From Methanothermus fervidus DSM 2088 (lineage in GTDB: Archaea > Methanobacteriota > Methanobacteria > DSM-2088 > Methanothermaceae): 32,000 nucleotides of DNA. Below the pieces are notes generated by a model, which was given only the letters and a program-made list of their open reading frames with translations, was not told the origin of the DNA and ran no database searches. Shown one piece after another: positions 9,854-23,639 of this stretch; position 1 is the first letter of the stretch; each line of letters starts with the position of its first letter. A program made the translations under genes and the position numbers. The stretch is taken from contig CP002278.1 of assembly GCA_000166095.1 (NCBI GenBank), positions 1,050,001-1,082,000 on the forward strand. The letters are read 5' to 3'.

Positions 9854-11080
9854 TTGGGAAATGTCTTGAAAGTTGGTGTAGGACAGGATAAAAATCCTAA
9901 AAAAGCTGTGGACATGGCATTGAATAATGTAGAAAATCCAGATTTAACATTGGTTTTTGCATCTTCAAATTTAAACATGGAAAAAATATATGAAACTATT
10001 AAAGATGAAGTTGGAGATAGCTGTGTAGTTGGAGGCAGTACTGCAGGAGAATTTTCATCAGTAGTTAAAGAACCAAAAGAGAATACTGTGGCTGTAATGA
10101 CAATAGAAAGTCCGTATTTAGGTGTGGGAGTAGGAATAGGTGAAAAAATAAGTGAAGATCCATTCAAATGTGGAAGAACAGCAGTTCGTGATGCATATTC
10201 ATCATTTAAAGGTAAGGGAACTCTATCATCATTAATGTCAGTTGCATTCATGTCCAAACGTGCATCAGAAATATCAAAATTAAAACCCTTTGTAAATATT
10301 GTCATCCCTGATGGTTTGTGTGGAAAAGAAGAAGAATTTCTAAGAGGAGTTGTTTATGAAAGTGAAAGTACCACTCCAATAATTGGAGGATCTACCGGAG
10401 ATAATTTAAAGTTTGAAAAAACATTTCAAATTTGTAATGGTTTATATTCCAATGCAGGAGTTGTCACTGTACTTGGAACTGTATTAAAAATTGGATGTGG
10501 TTATGGACATCCCTATACACCTACTAATAAAACTGCAGTGGTCACAAAGTCTGAAGGTAGAGTACTTTATGAATTAAACCACAAACCTGCTGATGAGGTC
10601 ATAAAGGAATTTCTAAATGTTGATGAGCTCACTTATGAAATGTTTTCAACGAAAACATTTGGTGTCAAATCTTCGGATGTTTTTGGAGAATATACAATAA
10701 AAGCTCCAGCAAAAATCAACGACGATGGGAGTATTATGTTTTACTCTGAAGTAAAAGAAGGTAGTTTATTAACATTGATGGAAACTAATAAAGAAAATGC
10801 TATAAATTCTTTCAAAAACACATTAAAAGCTGCAATTCATGATGCTGGTAATCCAGAAAACATTGGATGTATTATTATTTTCAATTGTGTTCTAAAATAT
10901 TTACTCAACAAAAAATTGGGAATAAATGACCTTGAAATTATTAGAGAAATGTTAGGAGATGTTCCAGTTATTGGATTCAACACTTATGGAGAACAAGGTG
11001 CAACATTAGGTGGCTCAATTGGCCATTACAATCAAACCTCAACATTAATGGTAATTGGAGATGAAGTAATTACTCAATAA
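9854..11080 (+). CDS. FIST-domain (FIST_N/FIST_C) sensory protein
   Basis: VLKVGVGQDKNPKKAVDMALN, VVGGSTAGEFSS, PIIGGSTGDN, IGFNTYGEQGATLGG. The ORF track starts at 9839, but GGAGG at 9841-9845 is placed to initiate at the in-frame TTG at 9854. Confidence 0.75.
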   Translation: MGNVLKVGVGQDKNPKKAVDMALNNVENPDLTLVFASSNLNMEKIYETIKDEVGDSCVVGGSTAGEFSSVVKEPKENTVAVMTIESPYLGVGVGIGEKISEDPFKCGRTAVRDAYSSFKGKGTLSSLMSVAFMSKRASEISKLKPFVNIVIPDGLCGKEEEFLRGVVYESESTTPIIGGSTGDNLKFEKTFQICNGLYSNAGVVTVLGTVLKIGCGYGHPYTPTNKTAVVTKSEGRVLYELNHKPADEVIKEFLNVDELTYEMFSTKTFGVKSSDVFGEYTIKAPAKINDDGSIMFYSEVKEGSLLTLMETNKENAINSFKNTLKAAIHDAGNPENIGCIIIFNCVLKYLLNKKLGINDLEIIREMLGDVPVIGFNTYGEQGATLGGSIGHYNQTSTLMVIGDEVITQ

Positions 11081-11233
11081 CATAAATGTTTTCTCCATTT
11101 TTTAACAAATTCTTCTTTTTTTGAATTCTAAAGTTAAATTATTAATAATAGAAAAATTAAGTTTTTTAATGCAAAAGAGCAAAAAATAATTATCTTTACT
11201 ATAATTTTTCCCATAATACTAGGAGGTCGCTAA

Positions 11234-12442
11234 ATGAGAAATATCCGTGTTGAAAGTGTTAAACAATTGCCCATTGAAAATCAAGACATTGAAATTGTGG
11301 AAAGAAAAGGAATAGGTCATCCGGATAGTATAAGTGATGGTATTGCAGAATCTGTAAGCCGTGCATTATGTAAAGCATATTTAGAACGATTTGGTGCAAT
11401 TATGCATCACAACACAGATGAAGTACAAGTCATTGCTGGAGAATCTTCTCCAAAGTTTGGTGGCGGCGAAGTAATAAAGCCCATACATATTTTATTAGCA
11501 GGGAGGGGAGTAGCTGAAGTTAAAGGAGAAAAAATTGGGCTAAATAGAATTTCAATTGCAGCAGCAAAAGAATATCTTAAAGAAAATATAAGAAATCTTG
11601 ATGTTGAGACATCTGTAGTAATCGAATGTAAAATAGGTCACGGATCAGCAGAATTACAAGAAGTATTTGAAAGAAAAAAAGATAAAATACCTTTAGCAAA
11701 TGATACTTCATTTGGTGTAGGTTTTGCACCATTATCAGAAACAGAAAAAATAGTATTAGAAAGTGAAAAATTGCTTAACTCAGATAAATTTAAAAAGAAA
11801 TATCCGATGATTGGAGAAGATATTAAAGTTATGGGATTAAGAGAGAAAGATAAAATTACATTGACACTTGCATGTGCGATGGTAGATAAATATATAGATG
11901 ATCTTGACACTTATAAAGAAGCTAAAGCTGTAATAAAAGAAACTTTACGTAAATTAGTTTCTAAACATACAGAAAGAGACGTAGACATCTATGTAAATAC
12001 TGCTGATCGTTATGATGAAAAAGAACCTTCTATATATTTAACAGTGACTGGTACTTCAGCTGAAATGGGAGATGATGGATCTACTGGTCGTGGTAACAGA
12101 GCAAATGGATTAATAACGCCAAACAGACCAATGTCTCTAGAGGCATGTTCTGGTAAAAACCCTGTAAATCATGTTGGTAAAATTTACAATTTATTATCAA
12201 ATGAAATTGCTGAAAAAATTGTAAATGAGGTTGATTCCGTATTAGAAGCACAAATATTACTACTAAGTCAAATTGGTAAACCAATAGATAATCCAAAGGT
12301 TGCAGATTGTCGTGTTATCTTAGAAGAAGGATGTAAACTATCAGAAGTGAAAAGTGATATTGAAGCTATTATTGATGATTCACTTGAAAACATACAAAAA
12401 ATTACAGAGAAATTAATAGAGGGCAAAATAACTACATTTTAA
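11234..12442 (+). CDS. mat: Archaeal-type S-adenosylmethionine synthetase
   Basis: [90 protein letters not shown]; SD AGGAGGT at 11221. Confidence 0.97.
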   Translation: MRNIRVESVKQLPIENQDIEIVERKGIGHPDSISDGIAESVSRALCKAYLERFGAIMHHNTDEVQVIAGESSPKFGGGEVIKPIHILLAGRGVAEVKGEKIGLNRISIAAAKEYLKENIRNLDVETSVVIECKIGHGSAELQEVFERKKDKIPLANDTSFGVGFAPLSETEKIVLESEKLLNSDKFKKKYPMIGEDIKVMGLREKDKITLTLACAMVDKYIDDLDTYKEAKAVIKETLRKLVSKHTERDVDIYVNTADRYDEKEPSIYLTVTGTSAEMGDDGSTGRGNRANGLITPNRPMSLEACSGKNPVNHVGKIYNLLSNEIAEKIVNEVDSVLEAQILLLSQIGKPIDNPKVADCRVILEEGCKLSEVKSDIEAIIDDSLENIQKITEKLIEGKITTF

Positions 12443-12612
12443 TTTACTCTAAAAACTCTGTTAAGGATGAAACCCGAAAGTTTTTTATATTTGTCAATTA
12501 AAACTACTAACAAAAAGCATGGTAAATAGAACTTTATCTAAATTTTGAATTACCAACAATTAATTTTCTTTTCATTATTAATTTTTGGAAATTCTTACTA
12601 AGGAGGTCTACA

Positions 12613-15723
<3,111 letters not shown>

Positions 15724-15724
15724 G

Positions 15725-17893
15725 TTGCTGATAAATTTGCTAACAAATTCTGAATTAAAATACATAAAAAAAAGACTAGGACGAGATCCTAACCCACTGG
15801 AATATGGAATGCTAGATGTCATGTTTTCTGAACATTGTTCATACAAAAGTAGTAGGCCTGTTATCAAAATGTTTCCAACAGAAGGTGACAAAGTTATTGT
15901 TGGACCTGGAGATGATGCTGGTGTAATCGAAATTAATAAAAAATTTGCTTTGGCAGTAGGTATAGAAAGTCATAATCATCCTTCAGCAATCGAACCATAC
16001 AGTGGTGCAGGAACTGGTATTGGTGGAATATTGCGTGACATAATTTCTATGGGAGCATGGCCAATTGCACTTCTGGATTCATTACATTTTGGACATTTGG
16101 AGGATCAAAGATCATGTTATCTATTTGAAAACGTTGTTAAAGGAATATCTGATTATGGAAATAGAGTAGGGGTTCCAACCGTAGCAGGTGAAGTAGAATT
16201 TGATGAAAACTTCAAATTAAATCCTCTTGTAAATGTAATGTGTATAGGTATAGTTCCAAAAAAGAAAATAAAAAGAGGAATTGCACCCAATGTAGGTGAT
16301 GTATTCTTTTTAATGGGTGGACTAACAGGTAGGGATGGAATTCATGGAGTAACCTTTGCTTCTGAAGAATTAACCAGTGAATCAGAAATAGAAGATCGTC
16401 CAGCAGTTCAAATAGGTGATCCATTTACAAAAAAAATAGTCATGGAAGCTTCTTTTGAAATAATGGAAAAAATACCTGTTTCAGGTGTTAAAGATCTTGG
16501 CGGTGGCGGTCTAACATGTTGTATTTCAGAAATGGTTGCAAAATGTAACAATGGAGCAGAAGTATATGTTGATAAGGTTCCATTACGAGAAAAGAACATG
16601 ACTCCATATGAAATAATGCTCTCAGAATCTCAAGAAAGAATGATGTTTGTGATGCCACCAAAGTATGTAGAAAAAGCTTTAAAAATATGTAAGAAGCATG
16701 AAATACCTGCTGCAGCTGTAGTTGGTAAAGTAACTGATACAGGTAGGTTAGTTGTAAAGAAAAACAATAAAATTATAGCAGATATCCCTGCAGATTTATT
16801 GGCTAATCCTCCAGTTGTATACAGAGAATCCAAAAAACCAAAAAAGATTAAAACTAAAATACCTGATGTAGAGCATCCTCACCCAGAAGAAGCTTTAAAA
16901 AAGGTTCTATCATCCCAAAATATAGCAGATAAAAGTTGGGTATATTATCAATATGATTATGATGTACAGATAAGAACTATTGTTAAACCAGGAGATGATG
17001 CTGCAGTATTAAGGATTGATGATAAAACAGCTATAGCAGCCACTGTTGATAGTAATTGTGCCCATACAAAATTAAGTCCATATCATGGTGGTGCAGGATC
17101 AGTTGCAGAAGCTATAAGAAATGTTGTCTCCATGGGTGCATGGCCAATTTGTATTGTAGATTGTCTTAATTTTGGCAATCCTGAAAAACCTGAAATATTT
17201 TGGCAATTTAAAGAATGTGTCAAGGGGATGGCAAAGGTTGCAAAAGAATTCAAAGTACCTGTAATAAGTGGTAATGTTAGTTTTTATAATGAAACTGAAG
17301 GTATAGCTGTTAATCCTTCACCAGTGGTAGGCGTTGTAGGTAAAGTACCCATAAATAATATTCGAACCCTTGAATTTAAAAATAAAGGTGATAAAATTAT
17401 AATGGTTAGCAAAACATACAAAGAACTCGGTGGTTCAGAATATTATAAAGTTGTTCATGGTATTTCCAGCGGGATAGTCCCAAAGGTAAGGATCCAAGAT
17501 GAAATAGCAGCTGCTAAATCTATTTATAATCTTGTTTCTAAAGACAATGAAAATAAAATCACTGCAATCCATGACTGTTCTAAGGGAGGACTTGCTATTG
17601 CATTGAGTGAAATGGCAATAAGAAGCGGTATTGGCGCTAAAATAGATTTAGATTTAGTGCCTAAATCAGAAAATATTGATAAAATCGAAACTTTATTTTC
17701 AGAATCACATGGAAGATACATAATGACCGTAGATAAATCGGTTGCAAATGATTTTATAAAAGAAATAAATGTCCCAGCAAAAATAATAGGAAAAGTTACA
17801 TCTAAAAAACTTAAAATTAATGATATAATAAACATAAGTGTTAAGGAACTTCAGGAAAGTTATTATGGTGTCATAGAAAATTTTGTTGTATAA
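15725..17893 (+). CDS. purL: Phosphoribosylformylglycinamidine synthase subunit PurL
   Basis: [40 protein letters not shown]-like [34 protein letters not shown]; starts with TTG 1 nt after the ileS stop. Confidence 0.93.
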   Translation: MLINLLTNSELKYIKKRLGRDPNPLEYGMLDVMFSEHCSYKSSRPVIKMFPTEGDKVIVGPGDDAGVIEINKKFALAVGIESHNHPSAIEPYSGAGTGIGGILRDIISMGAWPIALLDSLHFGHLEDQRSCYLFENVVKGISDYGNRVGVPTVAGEVEFDENFKLNPLVNVMCIGIVPKKKIKRGIAPNVGDVFFLMGGLTGRDGIHGVTFASEELTSESEIEDRPAVQIGDPFTKKIVMEASFEIMEKIPVSGVKDLGGGGLTCCISEMVAKCNNGAEVYVDKVPLREKNMTPYEIMLSESQERMMFVMPPKYVEKALKICKKHEIPAAAVVGKVTDTGRLVVKKNNKIIADIPADLLANPPVVYRESKKPKKIKTKIPDVEHPHPEEALKKVLSSQNIADKSWVYYQYDYDVQIRTIVKPGDDAAVLRIDDKTAIAATVDSNCAHTKLSPYHGGAGSVAEAIRNVVSMGAWPICIVDCLNFGNPEKPEIFWQFKECVKGMAKVAKEFKVPVISGNVSFYNETEGIAVNPSPVVGVVGKVPINNIRTLEFKNKGDKIIMVSKTYKELGGSEYYKVVHGISSGIVPKVRIQDEIAAAKSIYNLVSKDNENKITAIHDCSKGGLAIALSEMAIRSGIGAKIDLDLVPKSENIDKIETLFSESHGRYIMTVDKSVANDFIKEINVPAKIIGKVTSKKLKINDIINISVKELQESYYGVIENFVV

Positions 17894-17903
17894 TCTCTTA
17901 AGA

Positions 17904-18460
17904 ATGATAAAAATGAATTTTAAGAGAGAAGTAATAAGGCAAACAATACATGCTTCGGGAGCATGGTTTATTTTACTTGAAAATTTTTTTCCAAATTATT
18001 TAATTGGATCAATAGCCTTACTTTTTAGCTTAATTGGGTATTTCATTTGGTATTTAGATAGAAGAGTATATTTAAGCTTTATATCTAAAATTTTGAGAAC
18101 ATGTAGAAGAAATAAAAAAGACAAGGGATTTATTTATTTTTTTATAGGGATTGGACTAACTTTCCTTTTATTTAATAATAAAGATATTATAAATGCTGCA
18201 ATTATAGTTCTATGTTTTGGAGATGCCCTATCTACAATAGTTGGTAGATTTTATGGAAAACATCCTTTTCTATTTGGGGAAAAAACATGGGAGGGATTCT
18301 TAACATTTTTATTCACATCTTTTTTTTGACAATGATAATACTTGACCCAATAAGAGCATTTATTGCAGCATTGGTGGGCGCATTGGCAGAAAATCTTCCA
18401 CTGGAAGATAATATAACGATACCTCTTTTTGTTGGCATTGCTTTGAGCTACTCCTCATAG
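17904..18460 (+). CDS. SEC59/dolichol-phytol kinase-like membrane protein, frameshifted at a T8 tract near 18320-18327
   Basis: First frame ends ...CFGDALSTIVGRFYGKHPFLFGEKTWEGFLTFLFTSFF*. Removing one T continues as LTMIILDPIRAFIAALVGALAENLPLEDNITIPLFVGIALSYSS*. Confidence 0.75.
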
Positions 18461-18530
18461 AGTTTCCTACTTCATCAAGCTTCATCAAGAAAAAATATAG
18501 TCCTAAGTAGGGCATTCTCCCAAACAGACA
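18442..18530. repeat. Dispersed repeat family E, copy 1 (degenerate)
   Basis: TTTGAGCTACTCCTCATAGA (18442-18461) identical to 30198-30217; ATAGTCCTAAGTAG (about 18497-18510) resembles ATAGTCCTGAGTAG in the 25.6-kb copy. Confidence 0.5.
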
Positions 18531-18649
18531 ATCAAAGCTACTCCACTCTTCAACAATACATGAATTTCATTTAGATTTATCATGAAAATTTAGGTTTTTT
18601 CTAGATATTATTGCATTTTGGACAAAAAAGAAATTAAAAAATAAGAAAA

Positions 18650-21600
18650 TCATTTCTCCGGCCTTCTCAATAGATATCCTGCTGCTATTAATGCAATCAA
18701 TATTATAACTCCGATTATTCCTGCAAATGGCACTGATGATGGACTTCCAATTCCTTTAGACACTGGTGTAATCTCATATGCTTTACCTGCTGCAGCACCT
18801 GTAATTCCTGCTTTACCTGTAGCACCTGATTCTGATGAGGATTTACTTGCAGCTCCAGAAGCTTGAGCTGCTCCTCTTGCACCAACTTCACCACCAACTC
18901 TACCTGAAGGACCTGAAATTCCTGGTGAAACTCCCCTTGTTGCTGCAGTTCCAATTCCTACTCTTCCTAATGCAGTTGGAGCTCCTAGTTGTGATGGTGC
19001 TCCTGGAATTGAAGGTTGTGGTGTAGTTGTTGGAATTCCAGGGACTGAAGGTTGTGGTGTTGTTGGAGCTCCTGGGATTGAAGGAGCAAATGCAGCATTT
19101 TTTGTTGCTATATATAGCTGAGATCTTACTGAATTTAATAGATTTGGATTTACATAGTTTAATGCCCATCTTATCATAGCTATATTTCCACAACTGCAAT
19201 CACAGCATGCTGGTCCATATCTGGCTATTAGAGCTGCCCATCTATTCATGAGGAATCTCATTGTATTCGCATCTAATTTTAATCGATTTTGATGTGCTAA
19301 GGTTAACAATGTGCCTATCCAATGAATCTGATCAAATGGATTGTTGTTAAGCCAGTTTGAAATGCCTAAATTATATTTATCTCTTAAATACACATCTATG
19401 AATTCCTTATACACGTCACTACTAATTTCTCCTGGAACTGTAGTCTGCCAAATTTTCAGAGATTCAATGAATGTTGAAATCCTATAAGCTCCTGCCTGGC
19501 CTTTACTCATCAATGCTTTAATAAATTCTGGATTGAAATATCTCGTTCTGAGATCTCTTGCAATATAATCACTTAAAGAAAGTATTTCTGGATTAAATTT
19601 ATTAGAAGTTATAGCAATCCTAATTTTTGGAGTTTCACCTGTTAATACTCTTATTGTCATTGCCAATCCACCTAAATAACTTGCCATAGCATCATTTTCT
19701 GCAACGCCAACTACATATGTACTTCTTCCTTGATATATACCTGAAACTCCGCTCAATAAATCTTTAAATAAGTCTGTATTCTTCTCACCCCAGGTAGTCT
19801 CTGAATAGAAATTACTCATCCTATTTATGAAGATATTTGATAAATCTGTCTCGTTTTTCCAGGTCCATGGTTGATCTATAGCTTCTTTTATGCCAGTTCC
19901 ATATCCTCCAGCAGGTGGGCCCACTATCCTTAATATTGCATAATTTCCTGCTTTTTCAGGTTCTACTCCTGATGCTATATATTTTTGAACAGATTCTAAC
20001 CAATGTTTAGCTACATAATTTTGATCTATTGGATCATCGCCTTTTACTAAAAGTTTTAGATCAACTAATGGTTTCACTGCCGCATCTAATGCCTTTACTA
20101 TTGTATCATTATATTGTCTTGCTATTGTATTATAAGATGCTGCAAGAGCTAATCTAAATGCACGATCAAGTAATACTGCAACCTGTCCATAAGCATCTCT
20201 GAATAAACCACTAATCATGACAATTGCATCGATTCTAGGCCTATTTAGAGTTGTTAGTGGTGTTAATTTAATACCAGAGACTCTTCCTCCTGCTGCCCAG
20301 GTTGGCTCCACACCTAACAATCTTAAAACAAATGAAACCATTGCTCCATCGTCTCTAGCTACATCAACTCCAAATATAACGACAGCCAGTTTTTCTGGCG
20401 GCTTTTCATATTCTTTTAATGCTAAATCAGCAATCTTTTTTCCTAATTCATATGCAGATTGTGTTGGTATCAATGTTGGATCTGTTGCATAGAAGTTCTT
20501 TCCAGTTGGTAAGACATTAGGATTAACAATAGGATCTCCACCAATCTGTGGAGCAACGTATCCACCATTTAAAACATTTAACAATGAATTTAATTCAGAA
20601 TTAAAACTTTGTTTCAATTTGTCGATGAGATCTTTTCCTAATTCTAATTTCTTTGTAATATTTTGTGAAACTGTGATATTTTTTCCTAACAATATGTCTT
20701 TTATCCATGCCTTCACTTGGTTATAAAGTTCATCAAACATCTCAGGTGTTATATTTTCATATGAAATTCCTTTTTCCTGTGCCAATAACCTTATAATAGA
20801 TGGATTGTCAACTCCACCATCTATACTTAACATTGAAGCTACAGTTTCAGCTATTTCGTCTGCAGTCCATTCTTTTCCAAATGTATGTAATCCATAGGGC
20901 ATCAATGTTGTTTCAATTTTAATTAAGTAATCTGAGCATGCTTTGATTAATTCTTCATCGCTTAAATTAGTATTTATTTCAATTTTAGATCTCTCTATTA
21001 ATTTCTTTATATCCTGTATATATGCCTTTTTGAGATTTTCATCTATAGCTTTTTTATAATTTTCTAATAATGTTTTAAGATTTAATAAGTCTCCGTATAA
21101 TCCTGACAACTTCATTGGAGGTGTTAAGTAATCTATTATTACCCCATAACCTCTTCTTTTTATTAATAATCCATCAGCCACGTTATCGACTCTGTATAGA
21201 TGAATGTTAGGTGTATCTCCAATAACTATATCTGGGAAATCAAAATCTAGTAATGCTGTTTGCTTTCTAGGAAGATGTTGATAAGTTGTGTCTACACCAA
21301 TGTGAATCATTGCATCTGCATTAAATTCTTTATTTATCCAAGCATAGAATGCGAGATATTGGTGATGTGGAGGAAGTATCAACGCATGTAACAAAGCATC
21401 TGGATTTCCTTCGTAACCTAATATTGGTTCTGGCCCAATGAATACATTTCCAATAATAATTCCAGGTATAACAATATATTTTGTTCCATTTTTAACTATA
21501 GTCATCAGATTGCCTGGAGGCTCTCCCCAACCTGCAAGTCCTGTAATATTTAACAGCATGAACTCTTTTTTCATCCTATAGAATTCTTCCCATGTGCTCG

Positions 21601-23461
21601 TGCCATTTATTATTGATCTCAATGTGCTTACAATTTTATCCAGTATTTCTAATCCTCTTTGTGATTTATTAGGACACATCTTTATACAATCTCTCATTTC
21701 TTTATACCATTTGTCAAGGACTTTTGTTGCAGTGCTGAGAATACCCGGATCCTTTTTACTATAATTCAGAGCAAATTTTATTATTTCTTCTATATATCCA
21801 AGAGGACCTTCCACAACATACTTTTGAGCTATTGGATTTAAACTGCTAAACCATCGTTTATATTTCTCTGCTTCCCACAATATCGAATTATTAGCAAGTT
21901 TTTCAAGTTCTCCTGGTGCCCATGGTGCCACATTTATGCCTTTAGTTCTTAAAATTTCAACAAATTCTTCAACATTTGGTATTTTGTCAATTGTATATCC
22001 TGCTTCCTTTAATTTGTTAAGTATGTTAATGATAGATTCTGGAAGATTTAAATAACTAGTTCCTATGTTCCATTTTCCTACACCATTCTCATATATAATT
22101 GCAATCTTTTTATCTTTATTTGGTTTAATTTTCAATTGTAACCATTTTTCAACTCTAGAAACAACTTTAGATACTCTTTCATCAATTACAGAATATGAAC
22201 TCAATTCACAACCAGTTAAAGGATCTACACGTTTATCTAGTGCTGCAATAGCAATAGGCTCTATCAGTCCCTGTGATTCTGGGAACACTAATTGCCCTGC
22301 TATATCGTCTCTACTCCATGGTGTTAAGCCATCATCAGAAATTAACCAATCTTTAACACTTCTACTTTCAATTTGAATTATTTTTATAACAGGAATATTT
22401 AGACGTTGTAATAATGCCACAACATTTTTTGAGGCTGGTCCTCCAAGTAAGTAAGTATGTGGTGCTAAAATTATATCTACAACTGGTTTTACAGAATCTG
22501 GATTTGATTCATACTCCTTTACAGACTTTGCGGTTGTGAAAAATTCAACAATGCCTGCATATGTTTCATAACCATATCTAGCAACAACAGGTATTACATT
22601 GTAACCTTTAGTTGTCAATTTCTCAATTAATGAATCAATTCCTGCTGTACCTCCTAGTGCCACATAACTATCTAATTCTATAATTCCAACAGTTGGTTTT
22701 TGAGGATTTAATGGATAATCTTTGAAATATTCTGTTAAATTATTATAAAATTTTCCATTTCTGTAAATTACATGCCGTGAAAACACTTTAACCTCGTCAT
22801 ATTTTACATACACAGGTTTTTTGTTGTATTTCGCCCACATATCTATTGCACAAAGTATTAAATTCTTATCATTCTCTGTACTTGGATAACAATAATATGA
22901 ATACAATTTTGCCCATTTTTGTATTTGTGGATATTTATTTACATATTGGCTTAACATCGTTAGAGGATTGTCAGAAATTTGAGTATAAGCACTGACATTG
23001 TATATATCCTGATCAGGAATTCCTTCAAATATTTTCTTACCATCAATCTGAGACAATTTTACAGAATCAACGCCTTCAGGACAACGTAAATGCACAAAAA
23101 GTTTGTCATTTGTTAAGACTCCTGGACTTTTCAATGTATTAACAAGTTTTGTATAGGTTTCCATAGTATGACCAATTGATTTTACAATGATAATATCTGA
23201 ACTTTTTATCATTGCTGTTAAGTCATCTGAAGACATTTTACTTATCTGTTCACCAGTCCTAACAGTGATATTGAATTTGTCTTTATATTGAGGATACTCT
23301 TCATAAATTTTGTATGTTGCTTCAACCGAATGTCTTGCATAGTGAGGTGGATTTAAAATTAATATGTTTATTTTTTCATGATCTGTAGTATTCTCTGCGG
23401 CTGCAGTCCCTAATAAGGAGAAAATCAGTAGAAATGCTATTAGAATAATTGTTCTTCTCAT
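18650..23461 (-). CDS. cobN: Secreted, membrane-anchored CobN/magnesium-chelatase-H-like protein
   Basis: CobN landmarks: PESQGLIEPI, GWGEPPGNLM, GPEPILGYEGNPDALLHALILPPHHQYLAFY, PDIVIGDTPNIHLYRVDNVADGLLIKRRGYGVIIDYLTPPM, GLYGDL. N-terminal signal MRRTIILIAFLLIFSLLGTAAAEN, C-terminal TM AGIIGVIILIALIAAGYLLRRPEK. SD GGAGGG precedes the ATG at 23461; the ORF track starts further upstream. Confidence 0.85.
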   Translation of the reverse strand: MRRTIILIAFLLIFSLLGTAAAENTTDHEKINILILNPPHYARHSVEATYKIYEEYPQYKDKFNITVRTGEQISKMSSDDLTAMIKSSDIIIVKSIGHTMETYTKLVNTLKSPGVLTNDKLFVHLRCPEGVDSVKLSQIDGKKIFEGIPDQDIYNVSAYTQISDNPLTMLSQYVNKYPQIQKWAKLYSYYCYPSTENDKNLILCAIDMWAKYNKKPVYVKYDEVKVFSRHVIYRNGKFYNNLTEYFKDYPLNPQKPTVGIIELDSYVALGGTAGIDSLIEKLTTKGYNVIPVVARYGYETYAGIVEFFTTAKSVKEYESNPDSVKPVVDIILAPHTYLLGGPASKNVVALLQRLNIPVIKIIQIESRSVKDWLISDDGLTPWSRDDIAGQLVFPESQGLIEPIAIAALDKRVDPLTGCELSSYSVIDERVSKVVSRVEKWLQLKIKPNKDKKIAIIYENGVGKWNIGTSYLNLPESIINILNKLKEAGYTIDKIPNVEEFVEILRTKGINVAPWAPGELEKLANNSILWEAEKYKRWFSSLNPIAQKYVVEGPLGYIEEIIKFALNYSKKDPGILSTATKVLDKWYKEMRDCIKMCPNKSQRGLEILDKIVSTLRSIINGTSTWEEFYRMKKEFMLLNITGLAGWGEPPGNLMTIVKNGTKYIVIPGIIIGNVFIGPEPILGYEGNPDALLHALILPPHHQYLAFYAWINKEFNADAMIHIGVDTTYQHLPRKQTALLDFDFPDIVIGDTPNIHLYRVDNVADGLLIKRRGYGVIIDYLTPPMKLSGLYGDLLNLKTLLENYKKAIDENLKKAYIQDIKKLIERSKIEINTNLSDEELIKACSDYLIKIETTLMPYGLHTFGKEWTADEIAETVASMLSIDGGVDNPSIIRLLAQEKGISYENITPEMFDELYNQVKAWIKDILLGKNITVSQNITKKLELGKDLIDKLKQSFNSELNSLLNVLNGGYVAPQIGGDPIVNPNVLPTGKNFYATDPTLIPTQSAYELGKKIADLALKEYEKPPEKLAVVIFGVDVARDDGAMVSFVLRLLGVEPTWAAGGRVSGIKLTPLTTLNRPRIDAIVMISGLFRDAYGQVAVLLDRAFRLALAASYNTIARQYNDTIVKALDAAVKPLVDLKLLVKGDDPIDQNYVAKHWLESVQKYIASGVEPEKAGNYAILRIVGPPAGGYGTGIKEAIDQPWTWKNETDLSNIFINRMSNFYSETTWGEKNTDLFKDLLSGVSGIYQGRSTYVVGVAENDAMASYLGGLAMTIRVLTGETPKIRIAITSNKFNPEILSLSDYIARDLRTRYFNPEFIKALMSKGQAGAYRISTFIESLKIWQTTVPGEISSDVYKEFIDVYLRDKYNLGISNWLNNNPFDQIHWIGTLLTLAHQNRLKLDANTMRFLMNRWAALIARYGPACCDCSCGNIAMIRWALNYVNPNLLNSVRSQLYIATKNAAFAPSIPGAPTTPQPSVPGIPTTTPQPSIPGAPSQLGAPTALGRVGIGTAATRGVSPGISGPSGRVGGEVGARGAAQASGAASKSSSESGATGKAGITGAAAGKAYEITPVSKGIGSPSSVPFAGIIGVIILIALIAAGYLLRRPEK

Positions 23462-23545
23462 AGATTTCCCTCCATCAATAAAATGTTTAACATTAGTAAT
23501 AATATTAAAATTTTTTTTCATTAACAATTAAAATAAATTAAAATT

Positions 23546-23639
23546 AACTTCAATAACGAAGAGAGAGGTAAATTTCAAGTGTAATAGCTAGAGAGAATTA
23601 AGGAGAGGTAGTTATAAGTTATAACTTATAAGTTATAAG
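23546..23639 (+). repeat. Leader-like dispersed repeat (block 3), copy A; overlaps the cbiB 3' end
   Basis: GAGAGAGGTAAATTTCAAGTGTAATAGCTAGAGAGAATT...AGTTATAAGTTATAACTTATAAGTTATAAG nearly identical to 25183-25281 and 30582-30681. Confidence 0.9.

Noticed and set aside
9814-10305. 163-aa minus-strand ORF
   Set aside because: Fully antisense to the well-supported FIST-domain gene; low-complexity composition with no recognisable domain.
12443-12612. Possible riboswitch or T-box-like leader before ileS
   Set aside because: No convincing stem structure or anticodon-specifier arrangement; only a strong SD before the start codon.
18715-18954. 79-aa minus-strand Gln-rich ORF
   Set aside because: Out-of-frame reading of the repetitive Gly/Ala/Ser linker coding sequence of the CobN-like gene.
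22065-22376. 103-aa plus-strand ORF (and 20217-20492)
   Set aside because: Antisense shadow ORFs inside the CobN-like gene.
23462-23527. N-terminal extension of the CobN-like ORF (MLMKKNFNIITNVKHFIDGGKS)
   Set aside because: GGAGGG SD and a clean signal peptide start at MRRTIIL (23461).
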